Notes: generated by a model from the letters alone, not told the origin. Shown: positions 11,311 to 23,904, numbered from the stretch's first letter. The stretch is DNA of 64,000 nt from Phoronis australis (GCA_002633005.1 NMRA01000471.1:182386-246385), one strand, 5' to 3'. A program made the numbers and translations.

Positions 11311-14300
11311 TTGTAGTGCTCTATTTGTAGTGCTCTATTTGTAGTGCTCTATTTGTAGTGCTCTATTCGCCCTCATAAATGTCTGAGCGAGTAGAAAAAT
11401 TAGTTTCATGGGGGGAGGGGACATTTATTGTAACCTTAGAACCTAGGATTCATCAAATTCACACTCTACGACAGGCATTTGTCTAAACTGTGTTGCATTG
11501 CTATCAAATTTCATTGTTAAATTACGATCATTTTACAGAAAGTTGTGCCGGAATCCCAAGTCAAAAACCCGTCGATGCGTCTCGACAAACACACATGTTG
11601 TTTTCACGTGAGGTTTCTTTTGAAGATCGTCTGGGTGTGTCAGCAAGTGTGCCCATGTCATCAGATAGTTATTTTCGTGGGACATATGGGTGTGAGTGTG
11701 CGGAGGTGTTCAGTTATCTTAAACCTAGTGCTGCTAAGCCCAGACTTCTCCGGTTTCAACATTCCAATCTGTCTGGCTAATGCTGGAGGTCTCCGGCTGT
11801 CTAGCACTGATCTAAGTAGGTCAAACTCAATTAAAAAATAACAGCCAATCAGAAAATTCAAAAGGGCCTAGTTCGGTTGGGTTACTTAGAGACAAGCATA
11901 AGATGGTAAGTATTCATAAAAGACTGTTTGTGATTGGCTAATTTAGGCGCATTCCTCAATTGTTCATTGATAAAATATTTCCGCTTGTAAAAATGGCGTC
12001 TTACTTACCTGAATTTGAAAACTTCTACGAAATCTTGAATGATGCTGAAAGTGAAGAGGAATTTGAAGGATTTGAGGAAATTAGTGAAGATTCGTCCGAT
12101 GACGATCGCGACTTACCTGCTGGCTCCGAAGCCGAATAGGTTGAAGGCGATCGCGAGCCCGCCCATCTCGGGTTTTCCGCGACTCCCGGTTTGGCTACGG
12201 GAATACACCTGCCAGAAGATCCCCAGCCCCTCGATTTTTTTAAGTTGTTCGTCACCGACGACGATTTTAAAGAAATGGGGCATGAAACCAACAAATACGC
12301 GGCTGACGAACTCTCTAAAAATCAGGATAGGCTGAAGGAGAATTCCCGGTTTAGGAAGTGGCGAGACACGACCTGGCAAGAAATGAAGGTGTTTATTGCT
12401 ATGACCATCGCGATGGGACTAGTTGTCCAGCTAGATTTGTCTTCTTACTGGACAACTGATGAAGTTTGCGAGACACCTTTCTTTAGAAAGTGTATGTCCA
12501 GGGACAAATTCTGGCTGCTTATGTCTTTTTTTCACCTGGCAGATAATGCCAACCAAATTTGTCGTGGCCTACCTGGATTTAACCCATTGCACAAACTTGG
12601 ATCATTATACCAGAACAATATTTCCCGCTTTCATTCTGTATATACACCACATCAGCAGCTCTCATTAGACGAAGGAATGGTGCCTTGGAGAGGAAATTTA
12701 TCTTTTCGTGTATACAATCCCGACAAACCAAAAAAGTATGGAATAAAAGCCTACATGATCTGTGATGCAGTAACCGGATATTGTTCAAAATTCAAACTGT
12801 ATTCTGGCAAAAGCGAAACACCCCCTTCTGAAGACGGAGCAACATATGACCTGGTAATGGATTTAATGCGAGGGTACTTTGGACAAGGCTATATTTTATT
12901 CATGGATAATTATTATAGTTCAATTAAACTTTATAAAGATCTGTGGGAGTTAGGTTGCGGTGCGACAGGAACTCTTAGACAAAATCGTCGCGGTGTGCCC
13001 CAATTTGTAAAGGAAAAGAAACTCAGTAAGGGAGATATATTTTGTGTGCATGATAATAACCTATTACTTGTAAAATTTCATGATAGAAAAGTGGTTCATT
13101 TATTGACAACTGTAGATAAAGGTAGTAAAATAGCAACTGGCAAAACAAATCCACGTGACCAAACCCCTATAGAGAAGCCAGCAGTAGTAATAACGTATGA
13201 TAAATTCATGGGTGGAGTAGATCGCTCTGACCAAATGGTCAGCTATGCTACCTTCAATGCTCGAACCCTTAAATGGTGGAAGAGAGTAATATTTCATGTT
13301 TTGTCATTATCTGTACTGAATGCGTATCTGGTGTACAAATCTGTAACTTCTGATCGTGTTCCACTGCTACATCATCAGTTCAGGCAAAAGCTAATTAGTA
13401 ACATAATTGCATCTGTTGATGACAATTTAATACAACCGTCTTCTTCTGTCGGTAGGCGATCCTCTGGTGAGCCGCTTCTCCGTCTTCATGGTAAACACTT
13501 CCCAGAGCGTATCATAGGCACAGGTACTAAGAAAAACATTTCTCGAGCCTGTGCTGTGTGTCAACCTGCTGAATGGAAGCGTTTATCAAGAGTAGGGGAG
13601 AAGCGAAAAAGGCCTGGTAGAGAATCGTCTTACCAGTGCAATGTCTGTAAAAAGGCACTGTGTGTTGTGCCATGCTTCAGGTTGTATCATAGCTATAAGA
13701 ATTATGAAAAAGCATATTACGAAGAACAGCAAGGTGCTGAAGATGCATAACTGCTGTTTGACACACCTGGACACACCTTGAAATACCTGTGGATGTGAAA
13801 ATTAGAAATTAGTTAATGTCATACAATATAATAATTTAGTATTGGTTAGTATGGATTGTAAATACAATCATTTATATAGCATTACCATGTGATATGAATC
13901 AGTGTTGAACATGCAGTTTACTGAGCATAACATGCCAGTAACTTACCTTGACTTACCTGCTGTAACGTGGCCTCTTGTTTGGAATGGACACTTGATACTG
14001 AATTCAGAACACTTCTACCCTTGTTTTGCTTGACATGTTGTATTATTTTGTGGTTATATTTGTTTATTTTGCATAAAAACATTGACAAATATTGTTTTTT
14101 ACACCTTTACCTGTGTTTGACTTGTCATCAGGTGCATATATCATACTTGTTTAGCTAATTGTTATGATAGAAATGAAGCTGATTTTATTAGCTTCACAAT
14201 GATGTATAATACATGGTATATATTACTAAACTGGTTTGTTTACTTTTTGATTAAAACAAGTGAGTGTGTTAATGTTGAGCTTGACCTAAAAATAGCCAGC

Positions 14301-14349
14301 CAGACAGCCTACTAGACACTGTTTATAGGGATAGCACTACAAGGGTTAA
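11311..14349 (+). mobile_element. piggyBac DNA transposon, near full length, damaged left end
   Basis: Right end ..GGGATAGCACTACAAGGG then TTAA (14346-14349); its reverse complement core TTGTAGTGCT recurs at 11311-11366; encloses a transposase ORF. Confidence 0.85.
11993..13750 (+). pseudogene. piggyBac (PGBD4-like) transposase, 585 codons with one in-frame TAG at 12137-12139
   Basis: ATG 11993 is in frame with ORF 12191-13750; acidic N-terminus; catalytic motifs LSLDEGM, FMDNYY, MGGVDRSDQ; C-terminal Cys-rich domain CAVC..CNVCKKALCVVPCF..YH. Confidence 0.92.
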
Positions 14350-14560
14350 AAATAATGCCAGTCAACCAGATGCGTAGATAACCGACGGGAAAGGCTGCAA
14401 ACCGTTTGACTGATGTAACATTGTTTGACGTTTGAACGAAGACATTAGTTCATAGGGCATACAAACTCAAAAACAATGCAAATTTTGGTTTGTAATCTAT
14501 ATTAAATCTTGCATATTAAGTCCAAAGGATTAATGACAAAGAAAACATTTTACACACTGT

Positions 14561-14576
14561 GGCCCTGAAAAGGGCT
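14561..14576 (-). promoter_or_regulatory. Histone-mRNA-type 3' stem-loop (15/16 match to consensus)
   Basis: Minus strand reads caac-AGCCCTTTTCAGGGCC-aca versus consensus GGCYCTTTTCAGRGCC. Confidence 0.55.
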
Positions 14577-14591
14577 GTTGAAGTGCAGTAT

Positions 14592-15100
14592 TCACTGAAG
14601 TCCCTGTACACTGGACAAGCCAAGAAGTATGGCACTCTTCAGTGATCTGTATAAACGATCATTTCCTGCTTTGCTGAGGTGCTCATGATCCCGGTGTACT
14701 AGCTTCATATTGTTCTGGAATCTTTGGTGTTTCCAAAACTTGACATAGGAGAGGTCACGCACTGTGGTCTAATCTGTGGTTGAGCTCGTCAGCCTTGTAT
14801 GTAAAATGTGGTACGTTGTATCTGTACAGGACTGAGCATACAATAACCTTGACGCCATGCTGATGGTGCAGGAGGCTCAACAATGCTAGAGTTACCACCA
14901 AATCAACTGTGATTGGAGGATGCTACTACATACAACTTGTGTATAAAAGGAGACAACTCAATCAAAATTCTTAGTTCACCATGACCATGCCAACAAAAGT
15001 ACTAGTGATCAGGAGTAGTTATATACGAAAGCTATATGGTGCCTGTGTACGGTTGGGTGACCATAAGAAATACTTAGTGCATTTATAGACAACTCTGGAC
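14592..15100 (-). pseudogene. Degenerate SGNH/GDSL-hydrolase-like ORF, probably TE-borne
   Basis: Minus-strand blocks across frameshifts: YGH, WHGHGELRI, GVKVIVCSVLYR..ADELNHRL, FWKHQRF..RDHEHLSKAGNDRLYRSLKSAIL*. Confidence 0.55.
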
Positions 15101-15567
15101 ATGGGGTACAATTCCCTTTTATCTGTTTCACAGCTCCACTGGTGGTACTAAATCTTCAGGGACATTAGAAGGGGGATTATAGGATTGGCGGTGCTATTGG
15201 GATAAACCCATTCAAGTCATTCTTCTGCTTTCCATGTGGTGGGAACTCCCATCAGGCTTCATCAGCAGGGTAAATACTTTTGCATGCTTTAATTTTAATT
15301 TGTGTATTGTCTGTTTTCCAATCAATGGCCTTTGCAGTATTTGGTAGTTTTGAACCTTCCTTAGATGTTTTTAAGTTTTGAAGTCTTAATTCTCATATAT
15401 CATATTTGATTGGTCGTTGTTTGTTGAGGAATCAGAAAATTAAATTTCTGTGGTTTATTAAATTATGTTTGTCACATATATATCTAATGACATATGAAAA
15501 ATGTTCACTGACTGTCAAAAATTACATCTATCTGGATGCCATTACTTCTCACAGTTAACCAAGTTAA

Positions 15568-15870
15568 AGAGCATGTGTTTTTGTCTCCAAGACTTTCATT
15601 AGACATGATGAATATGTACTGTACCAACTTTCGCAGATGTGCTCCAAAAATTGTAGATTTTGAAAGCGATTTTGGTTTGAAAATGTAGTAAAATTTGTTC
15701 GAATTTCATTAATGGCCCCAGTCGTGTTAGCTTTTTGCTTCTCACGGTTAACCAAGTGAAACAGCATGTGTTTTTGTCTTCAAGACTTTCATTAGACATG
15801 ATGAATATGTACTGTACCAACTTTCGCAGATGTGCTCCAAAAATTGTAGATTTTGAAAGCGATTTTGGTC
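15568..15870. repeat. Direct duplication of ~108 bp with ~194-bp period
   Basis: agcatgtgtttttgtct..gaaagcgattttggt occurs twice. Confidence 0.85.
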
Positions 15871-17544
15871 TAAGTTTGTACAAAAATGTTTAAGGATTCT
15901 AAGTGTGGCTCCATTTATGCTAGGTTTTTGGCTTTCATATTAATTTTTATCAAGTTATAGACCCACCTGTTTACTTGTAAAATATTTACTGACTTCTCAA
16001 TAAATGAAAACTTGTCTGAGCATGTTTCACTTCTAACCAATAAACTTTTATGTAATAAAAACTTTTGATTGGGATTCTTTGGTGAATCAACTTAACCTCC
16101 ACACAGAAAATTGAGGGGGTAATAACGGTACTTCTTCAACTTCAATAACGGAATTCTGGGCTTAGAAAAATCAGTTATCTTTATAATGCACTGAGATAAT
16201 TCCTTGAATGACATGTTTAAACTGGATTGATAACCCGAAAATAAGTGGGAAACATTAAACATGAAGCCGAAATCGATGGAATATCACTAATTTGGCGGTA
16301 TGTAATAGTGCAGTGTTTAAATATACACTCTCACAAAACCATATATACATAGATTAGGCCCCAATGGCTTAGTTTTATTTAGAAAAAAAGCGTCAGTTCC
16401 AGTCTTTCTTGTGCCACCTACAATGAAATTACATTTTGGGTAGGTTGAATTATTTTCAGTTGGACTTTATAAGCGATTTACATTAGGCCGGTAGGAGACG
16501 TCTCGCGCAAAATAACTAATGAAAACGAAATTTCCTTTTATTTGACAGATCCGCGATCAACCAAGAATACAAAGTCAAGCAGTTTTGCACTTTTGATTAC
16601 ATTTGGATGCAGTAGCGAGTGCATTTTGCAGAGCAAAGATACATGAGCTTCAGTCTTGACCACGGAAAAAGTTTTGCTCGCTCCTGTCCTTGCATGCACT
16701 AGAACACATACATTTCTAGGCAGTTGCTTGTCTTTACATCACGGGATATTTGCAATGCAAATAATATATTAATTAAGTATTAAGTTATTAAACTTTGACA
16801 GCCGTAATATGGCAAATATATTTCAACACCGCATTAACATGATTGTTTCTGTTGACAAAGGAAGTTATTACATCTGAAAATTTCAAATTTCAGTTGATCC
16901 ATTCTTGTTGTTTTATTTACCGATTTATATTAAATTTTAAAACACACGAATGTTGGCCAAAAACTGGCATGATTTAATAGTTCACTTGGCCTCAGAACAT
17001 ATGTATTCGTTCAAACACTGGTAGTTCAAGATATGTTTGCTATACAACTTGTATTTTGTCTCACAGGTTGTCTATGCATCTGCAAAGTGATTCCATTAAG
17101 GACCACTTTCACATCCACCACAAAAAGAAAATTACCCGTTCCGACATCGTTGGCAATACCACTGTAAAGTACTTCCTCTGAAAATTCTTGAAGCATTAAC
17201 AATAAGTTTTTTGATATAAATTCACAAGATACTTGGTTTGTACCTTACTGTTAGATAAATAATGTTCACATTTTGTAAATATTACACAAAGACATGTATT
17301 TCATTTAGTTTGACAACATTTTACAGAGGCATAGTTCCCCATGCACTTTCTACTGAAAATTGAGCTCTTTTAATGCTACTTTATATTCATGTTTAAAGTC
17401 ATTGTTCTCGTTTCATATATCATACACGATAGCTTTTATAATTTTACATTCATTTGCCTAGATGACTGAAGATCAGTGAAATAGTTAATGTAAATGACAT
17501 CAAGAGTTTTATAAATTATCAATTGTTTTTATGTCTTTATTCAG

Positions 17545-17900
17545 GTGAACACAGAGGATTGTCACTAGGAGACTCAGGATAGCCTTGCCAGACTTCTCAT
17601 GACACCATTTATTAATCCTGATGGTAATCCAGAAGTGTCTTATCACGCATTATGCAGGCGAGAGTGTTAATTGAGTAAACCTTTAGTATTTTAAAGCATC
17701 ATTTCTAATATCTTCATGGTGAGTTGTGAGTTTCTTCTCAGCAGATCTAGCTATCTATTTACGCCTATGCAATTTTACATAACACTGGGATTGAAAAAGG
17801 GGGACATCTGTCCACCAGACGAAGATCAATTAGATCAATGATGATGATGAACGACTCTCAAGGTGTGTCAGACAATGTTGAGGATGGGAAGGAAGTATGC
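17545..17900 (+). mobile_element. PIF/Harbinger transposase C-terminal remnant (second copy ~22130-22460)
   Basis: LGDSG*PC..LMTPF..RVLIE*TF.ILK..LHGE..AILHN.GI; preceded by acceptor-like ttattcag. Confidence 0.7.
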
Positions 17901-18129
17901 AAACACACAACCAGTAATTATTTTTCCTTGGACAATTATCACGGACTTATGGCATTTCATCATGTTTTAATGATCAAAAATGTAAAATTAGTATGAAAAA
18001 TATAAAGATATTACACCTTCTGAGACGGTTTAACATGGCAATAAAACCCTGGCTTCTATCAAACGTTTTCAACACAAGAAAAAGGTTTGTAGTCACTTCA
18101 ACTTGTACAATACAAGTTGAGGACATGAA

Positions 18130-18482
18130 CCCCATTAGCCAATATGTAGACTCAAAGCAGGCTGAGAGGGAGAAGAAAGCCTTTTGTACAAAAAATAAGA
18201 AAGAAATTGTTTTGTCTACGCCAACTAGGCATGGGTTGCTATCTATAAATTTTAAGTTGTACAAAGTGAAAGTTGGCATCAAGCTCAAACAATGCTTCAA
18301 AGTTGTACTTTTACCATTAAATGATCTTGAGTTAATGTTCAGACTGTTCATGCAAAGTCTACTTATCATTGTGTATTCTGGTGGCAGTTGAACATTTTGA
18401 GTAAGAGAAAGGTACTAAATTTGTGTTGAGCGAAAGGTTCAACCAAGATCCAATAGAAAAATGGTTCTCGCTTCAACAAAGT
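18130..18482 (+). mobile_element. P-element/THAP9-type transposase C-terminal remnant (longer copy ~22680-23470)
   Basis: VLSTPTRHGL and GTKFVLSERFNQDPIEKWFSLQ; copy 2 continues STGDSNSNP. Confidence 0.7.
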
Positions 18483-19224
18483 CCAGTGAGAGCAAGACTG
18501 ACTGGGACCAGCACATTGAGACGACTGTGTTTCGTATTAATACAGTGATTCAAAGCTCCACTCATTATTCTCCTTTTTATCTGATGTTCAATCGTTCTGC
18601 ATGGTTTTTTTCAAAGATAGCACACTGAGAAACTAGTCCTGAGACAGAGACTGGGGCAGAATCATACCGAGCTGATGGTGTTACTGAAGAGGAGGTTCAA
18701 AAGAGAATTGAGGTGATGGAGAGGGTCAACGAAATTGTTGGCGAAAATGCGCTGAAGAAGTCAAGGGGAGCAAAGTGTTTTGACTTCGCTGCGGGGATGG
18801 AAGTATTGGTCAAAAACACGAGGAAACAAGGTCGGAAGGGCATGCGTCTTGACGACGAATGGAAGGGTCCGTACACCATTGCAGAGCTTGGGGAACAGTC
18901 TGCCACTTTGATGGATGGGAATGGCGTACGCATGGCCAAAAGGGTACCTGTAGTCCAACTGAAGCCTTATTTGAAGTCATCAGAGCCACGTCAAAGTTCA
19001 AAAGACCCTGAATCCACCAACTCCTTTTGCGACTCCAAGATTCCTTTGAATCCAGAGGTAGAGAGTCATTCATCTTTAAACTGCTCCGAGTCATCTGATG
19101 CAACCAAAACCTTTGTTCCTCATGTGATCCCTGGTCCAACTTCTGCTTCAGTGCCCACAAAATTGACAGGCGTGGGAAAGCCCCCTATGGATCCATCAAA
19201 CCTCTCCAAACCATCCAGCGCTAC
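18481..19224 (+). mobile_element. Second internal copy of the Ginger integrase C-terminus
   Basis: High identity to ~7799-8541; ORF 18713-19273 contains KGPYTI. Confidence 0.9.
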
Positions 19225-19700
19225 ATTTATTTGTGACAGAATTGTCAATGGTGTCCGCAACAGTCACATCTAGTTGAAACTTCTAGACTTAGAAGTAAAT
19301 GATTATACTTTGGAAAATGTCATTAAAATTTGCCATGCAAGTGAACTGTCACAACAGCACTTAAAAAACCTATCAGCAGAGGACAATGTGTGTTACACAA
19401 GGCACAAGATGTTTTGTACAAATTGCACGAGAACGCATTACGATGATAACTGTCCTGCCAGAGGCAAAACATGTCACACTTGTGGCAGTTTTGGCCATTT
19501 TGCGAATTCGAAAATTTGCAAAGCACAACAGACATCCTCGCAGAGATCGCTACGACAGCAAAACCACCATCAAGAACAGAGAAGAGGACAATCTAGAGGG
19601 CGTTAGAGAGGCAATCGTGGTTGGAATCACCAAGGACACAAATGTACACAGAACAGAGGAGGAAGAAATGGCAAAAATTATGGAACAATGCAATATTAAA
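19225..19700 (+). mobile_element. Ty3/Gypsy gag fragment with CCHC knuckle
   Basis: ICDRIVNGV..KLL..TLENVIKICHASE..CPARGKTCHTCGSFGHFANSKIC and an RG-rich tail. Confidence 0.75.
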
Positions 19701-19875
19701 GATTTATTTGGTATCAATTCCAATTATGCATGTACCAATTCTGATGACTAGTACAAGTTGGTAAGTCAAAATTATCCTTAGCAATTGATACGTTAACTTT
19801 GCAGATTGCAATGTATTGACACTAGCTGCACTGAGAAAGTTAGGTGGGGAACACCTGTTGAAACACAGCAATGTT

Positions 19876-19990
19876 ATGAGGAAGACAGTGACACATGTCC
19901 TGAAGAAGACAGTGACACATGTCCTGAGGAATACAGTAACGTAAGTTCTGAGGAACAGACCGATACACATCATGAGGAACATGCTGACAC
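19876..19990 (+). repeat. 24-bp imperfect tandem repeat (EEDSDTCP-like)
   Basis: gaggaagacagtgacacatgtcct, 4-5 degenerating copies. Confidence 0.7.
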
Positions 19991-20553
19991 ATTAGACATT
20001 GAGAGTACATTAAACCAGCTTGATCTTTTTTAGCACAACACCACCTGAGATTATATGAGCAAACTATTTAGCATAGCATAGCATTTATTCGTACGGGTAT
20101 ACCTCGAGGACTGTAGATAATTTTGAAAATTAGAGGGACTTGCAGTGTTCTGTTACTCGGGGCCAATATGTTAATAAAATTATGGCGCCTCAGTCAGGGT
20201 AATATCCACTCCACACAGTCGCCAGAATTTCCTTTATCACCTTCCCCCGCCAAAATGACTTTGGAGTTACTGCTCCTCATATCACCTTGCCCAACTGACA
20301 CAACCATTGAGACTGCTTTCCATGAGGCCCTAATGTGTACATTATTCAAACCCAATGCATAGTCTGGCACTGGATCAAAGGAACTGTTGTAGTTCCATCA
20401 CTGCACTGTTGCACACTTCCACGGCATTACTTTACAGCTGAATTTATTGGAGCATTCCACAAAGAAAATCCCAGATGATTAAATTTGCTTCTTACTTCTA
20501 TGGTTTCACACCGAGGTCATTTTCTATTCTCGGACTCACACATTTGATTTCAG

Positions 20554-20830
20554 GTGCACATGTGGAAACTGTCAACTGACACCAGTGTCAACGGAAAGAG
20601 TGTGTTGCCAAGAGATAATGCAACGGAAACAGAAGTTGCAAAAAGAACTAGAACGAGGAGGCCTTAGCAAATCCAGGCATTGTATAACTTATCACAGGGA
20701 TTTGACAGAGTTTGTTTGGACCCTGATGTGCTAGAGATCAGTTGGGGGCAGTATAAATTCCATTATCCCGATGGTTATGATGGACCATATGATTGCAAAA
20801 TGAGACATACTGCCTACCGACAATTCGTGC
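20554..20830 (+). pseudogene. P2X7 cytoplasmic ballast (nanor/KolX-like) domain fragment
   Basis: After ttcag: CTCGNC..ERVCCQE..CIT, a 1-nt frameshift, then GFDRVCLDPDVL..MRHTAYRQFV. Confidence 0.7.
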
Positions 20831-20979
20831 TGAGAATGCAATGGTCGCTAGGGCCACCTTGCGACGAATCAATACGCGCTTTCGGCGCCCGCTTGCGGGG
20901 CCAAGCCAGCATTTGTAAGTTCAGCTTACCATGCCCTAACTGCAACTACGCCGTTAATTACACAGAGCCCATTATAAGC

Positions 20980-23470
20980 GCAAAGTGATTCCATTAAGGA
21001 ACGCTTTCACATGCATTACAAAAAGAAAATTACCGGTTCTGACATCGTTGGCAATACCATTGTAAAGTACTCTGACTAAAAATTCTTGAAGCATTAATAA
21101 TAAAAACAGAGTTTCTTGATATAAATTCACAAGATACTGGGTTCAAACCTTATTGTTAGATAAATAATGTTCACATTTTGTAATACAAACGTATTTCATT
21201 TAGTTTTACAACATTTTATAGTGGCATAGCTCCCCATGACACTTCCTTCTGAAAATTGTGCTCTTTTATGTGCTACGTTCTCGTTTCATGTATCATAGAT
21301 AGCATTTATAATTTTACATTCATTTGCCTAGATGACTGAATACCAGTTGAAGTACAGCAACTATGAAATGTTATGTACGGTGTTTTATTTTATACTTACT
21401 TAATGTGTTTGTGATGCCACTCACACTCAGTGATTTACTCTTTCGACTATCATTATACAAAAGACAGGCAATGTCTTAATAGCCTACATATCTAATAACT
21501 TGACTTATACATTGTATACGTACATGTTTATGTTTTGTAAATCTTTACTAGATGTAATTCTCTTGTATATTAAGCTTTATCATTTCATATTTATTATTTG
21601 ATATTTCCTGGATACAATGAAACGCAGTCCAAGTAAACTGTGTTGTACTTTAAAATTGTTTTGTTAAATAAAGGTTTAATCAATGAAAAAATGTCTGAGA
21701 TGAAACCTGATCAAAAACACATTTAAAATATCTGAGGCGGAAATTGATAAAGGACGTTACAGGAGGCCTAATCATTTTGTGCAAATGTGTCATACCAGAA
21801 TCAGAACAAATAGTTGGAAAGCAAAGCGCAACAAACGTGACAACACTCAGGAAAACATGGTGTTCAATTTGAAGATCATGCATGGTCTGGCGACAGTGGC
21901 ATTCAACACATTTTGCACCATTTTGAATTCTGAAAAAAACTTCAAAACATTTTGTTTATGATAGTCTTGAGAGCAATTCAAGTCTGTCCTGCTCTTGCTT
22001 CATCAATACAAATTAATTTTATAACATGAACCTTATGTGTATGCAGTATTGTGTCTCAAAGTGAAATAATTAAATGTAACTGACATCAAGAGTTTTATAA
22101 ATTATCAATTGTTTTTATGTCTTTATTCAGGTGAAAACAGAGAGTTCTCACTAGGAGACTCAGGATAGCCTTGCCAGACTTCTCTTATCACGCACTATGC
22201 GGGCCAGAGTGTTAATTGAGTAAACCTTTAGTATTTTAAAGTGTCATTTCTCATATCTTCATGGTGAGTTGTGAGTTTCTTCTCAGCAGATCTAGCTATT
22301 TATTTACGCCTATGCAATTCTATATAACATTGGGATTGAAAAGGGGGACATCTGTCCACCAGACAAAGATCCATTAGATCAATGATGATGATGGACGACT
22401 CTCAAGGTGTGTCAGACAATGTTGAGGATGGGAAGGAAGTATGCAAACACACAACCAGTAATTGTTTTTCCTTGGACAATTATCATGGACTTATGGCATT
22501 TCATCATGTTTTAATGATCAAAAATGTGAAATTAGTATGAGAAATATAAAGACATTACACCTTCTGAGACGGTTTAATGAGACAATAACACCCTGGCTTC
22601 TATCGAACGTCTTCAACACAAGAAAAAGGTTTGTAGTCACTTCGACTTGTACAATACAAGTTGAGGACATGAAGCCCACCAGCCAATACGTAGACTCAAA
22701 GCGGGCTCAGAGGGAGAAGAAAGCCAAGAACATTTTTGTACAAAAATAAGAAAGAAATTGTTTTGTCTACGCCAACTAGGCATGTGTTGCTATCTATAAG
22801 TTTTAAGTTGTACAAAGTGAAAGTTGTCATCAAGCTCAAACAATGCTTCAAAGTTGTACTTTTACCATAAAATGATCTTGAGTTAATGTTCAGACTGTTC
22901 ATGCAAAGTTGTACATTTACCATAAAATGATCTTGACTTAATGTTCAGACTGTTCATGCAAAGTTGTACATTTACCATAAAATGATCTTGAGTTAATGTT
23001 CAGGCTGTTCATGCAAAGTTGTACATTTACCATAAAATGATCTTGAGTTAATGTTCAGACTGTTCATGCAAAGTTGTACATTTACCATAAATGATCTTGA
23101 GTTAATGTTCAGACTGTTCATGCAAAGTTGTACATTTACCATAAAATGATCTTGAGTTAATGTTCAGACTGTTCATGCAAAGTCTACCAATCATTGTGTA
23201 GTCTGGTGGCAGTCAAACAGTTTGAGTAAGAGAAAGGTACTAAATTTGTGTAGAGCGAAAGGTTTGACCAAGATCAAATAGAACAATGGTTCTCGCTTCA
23301 ACAAAGTACTGGAGATTCAAATTCCAACCCACCGTGCAGCATCTGAATTAAAACTGTGCATCGCTGAGAGTACAGAAATTTACCACTAATGCAATTTTCA
23401 CAGGAAACATCAGCCACGTCAAACAAGACACTGTTGTCAATGATAGCACTCCACTTCAAAAGAAGACATG
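20980..23470 (+). repeat. Segmental duplicate of ~17085-18480 with an extra internal segment (~21345-22060) and a minisatellite expansion
   Basis: Colinear high-identity blocks 20980-21340/17085-17470 and 22060-23305/17475-18482. Confidence 0.85.
22849..23183. repeat. 55-bp minisatellite, 6 copies
   Basis: cag(a/g)ctgttcatgcaaag at 22891, 22946, 23001, 23056, 23110, 23165. Confidence 0.95.
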
Positions 23471-23642
23471 AAAGACCTGACCCCTGTGGGTGGTAAGCAC
23501 TGACAATTTTAACTGTTGTACTTTGATGAAAATTAAATATGTTTTGTTCTCTGTTTGATTCGTCAAGACAATTTGCTGTTCAAGGTTACACTGGTCCCGT
23601 TATTATCAAGTTAGGCGTATTAAAACAAGAATGTATAGTTCA

Positions 23643-23904
23643 TGTTGTGTTTCAAGGGTGCAGGGATTTATCAGTAATAAGTGGTTAAATAAGCTATTCT
23701 GTGGTTTGGCGATTGTGATTCTCTACGACCCAATGTCCAACTTCATTACAACGAGCATGGTTTGTAATGTTCGCTCGTGTAGTGTTGTAGCTACTCATTA
23801 GGTGGCACTAGTGGAGTTGGATCCAAGATGGCAATAAATGAGTACACTGTATAGTTCAATCTGGCGTTTTAATCTGTTTAATATTAAGCATATCAAACAG
23901 AACA
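23643..23904 (+). mobile_element. LTR-like segment
   Basis: TGTTGTGTTT..AAACAGAACA (9/10 inverted ends), internal AATAAA; no matching target-site duplication. Confidence 0.35.

Noticed and set aside
14592-14870. Histone gene upstream of the stem-loop
   Set aside because: The translations I examined do not resemble H1, H2A, H2B, H3 or H4.
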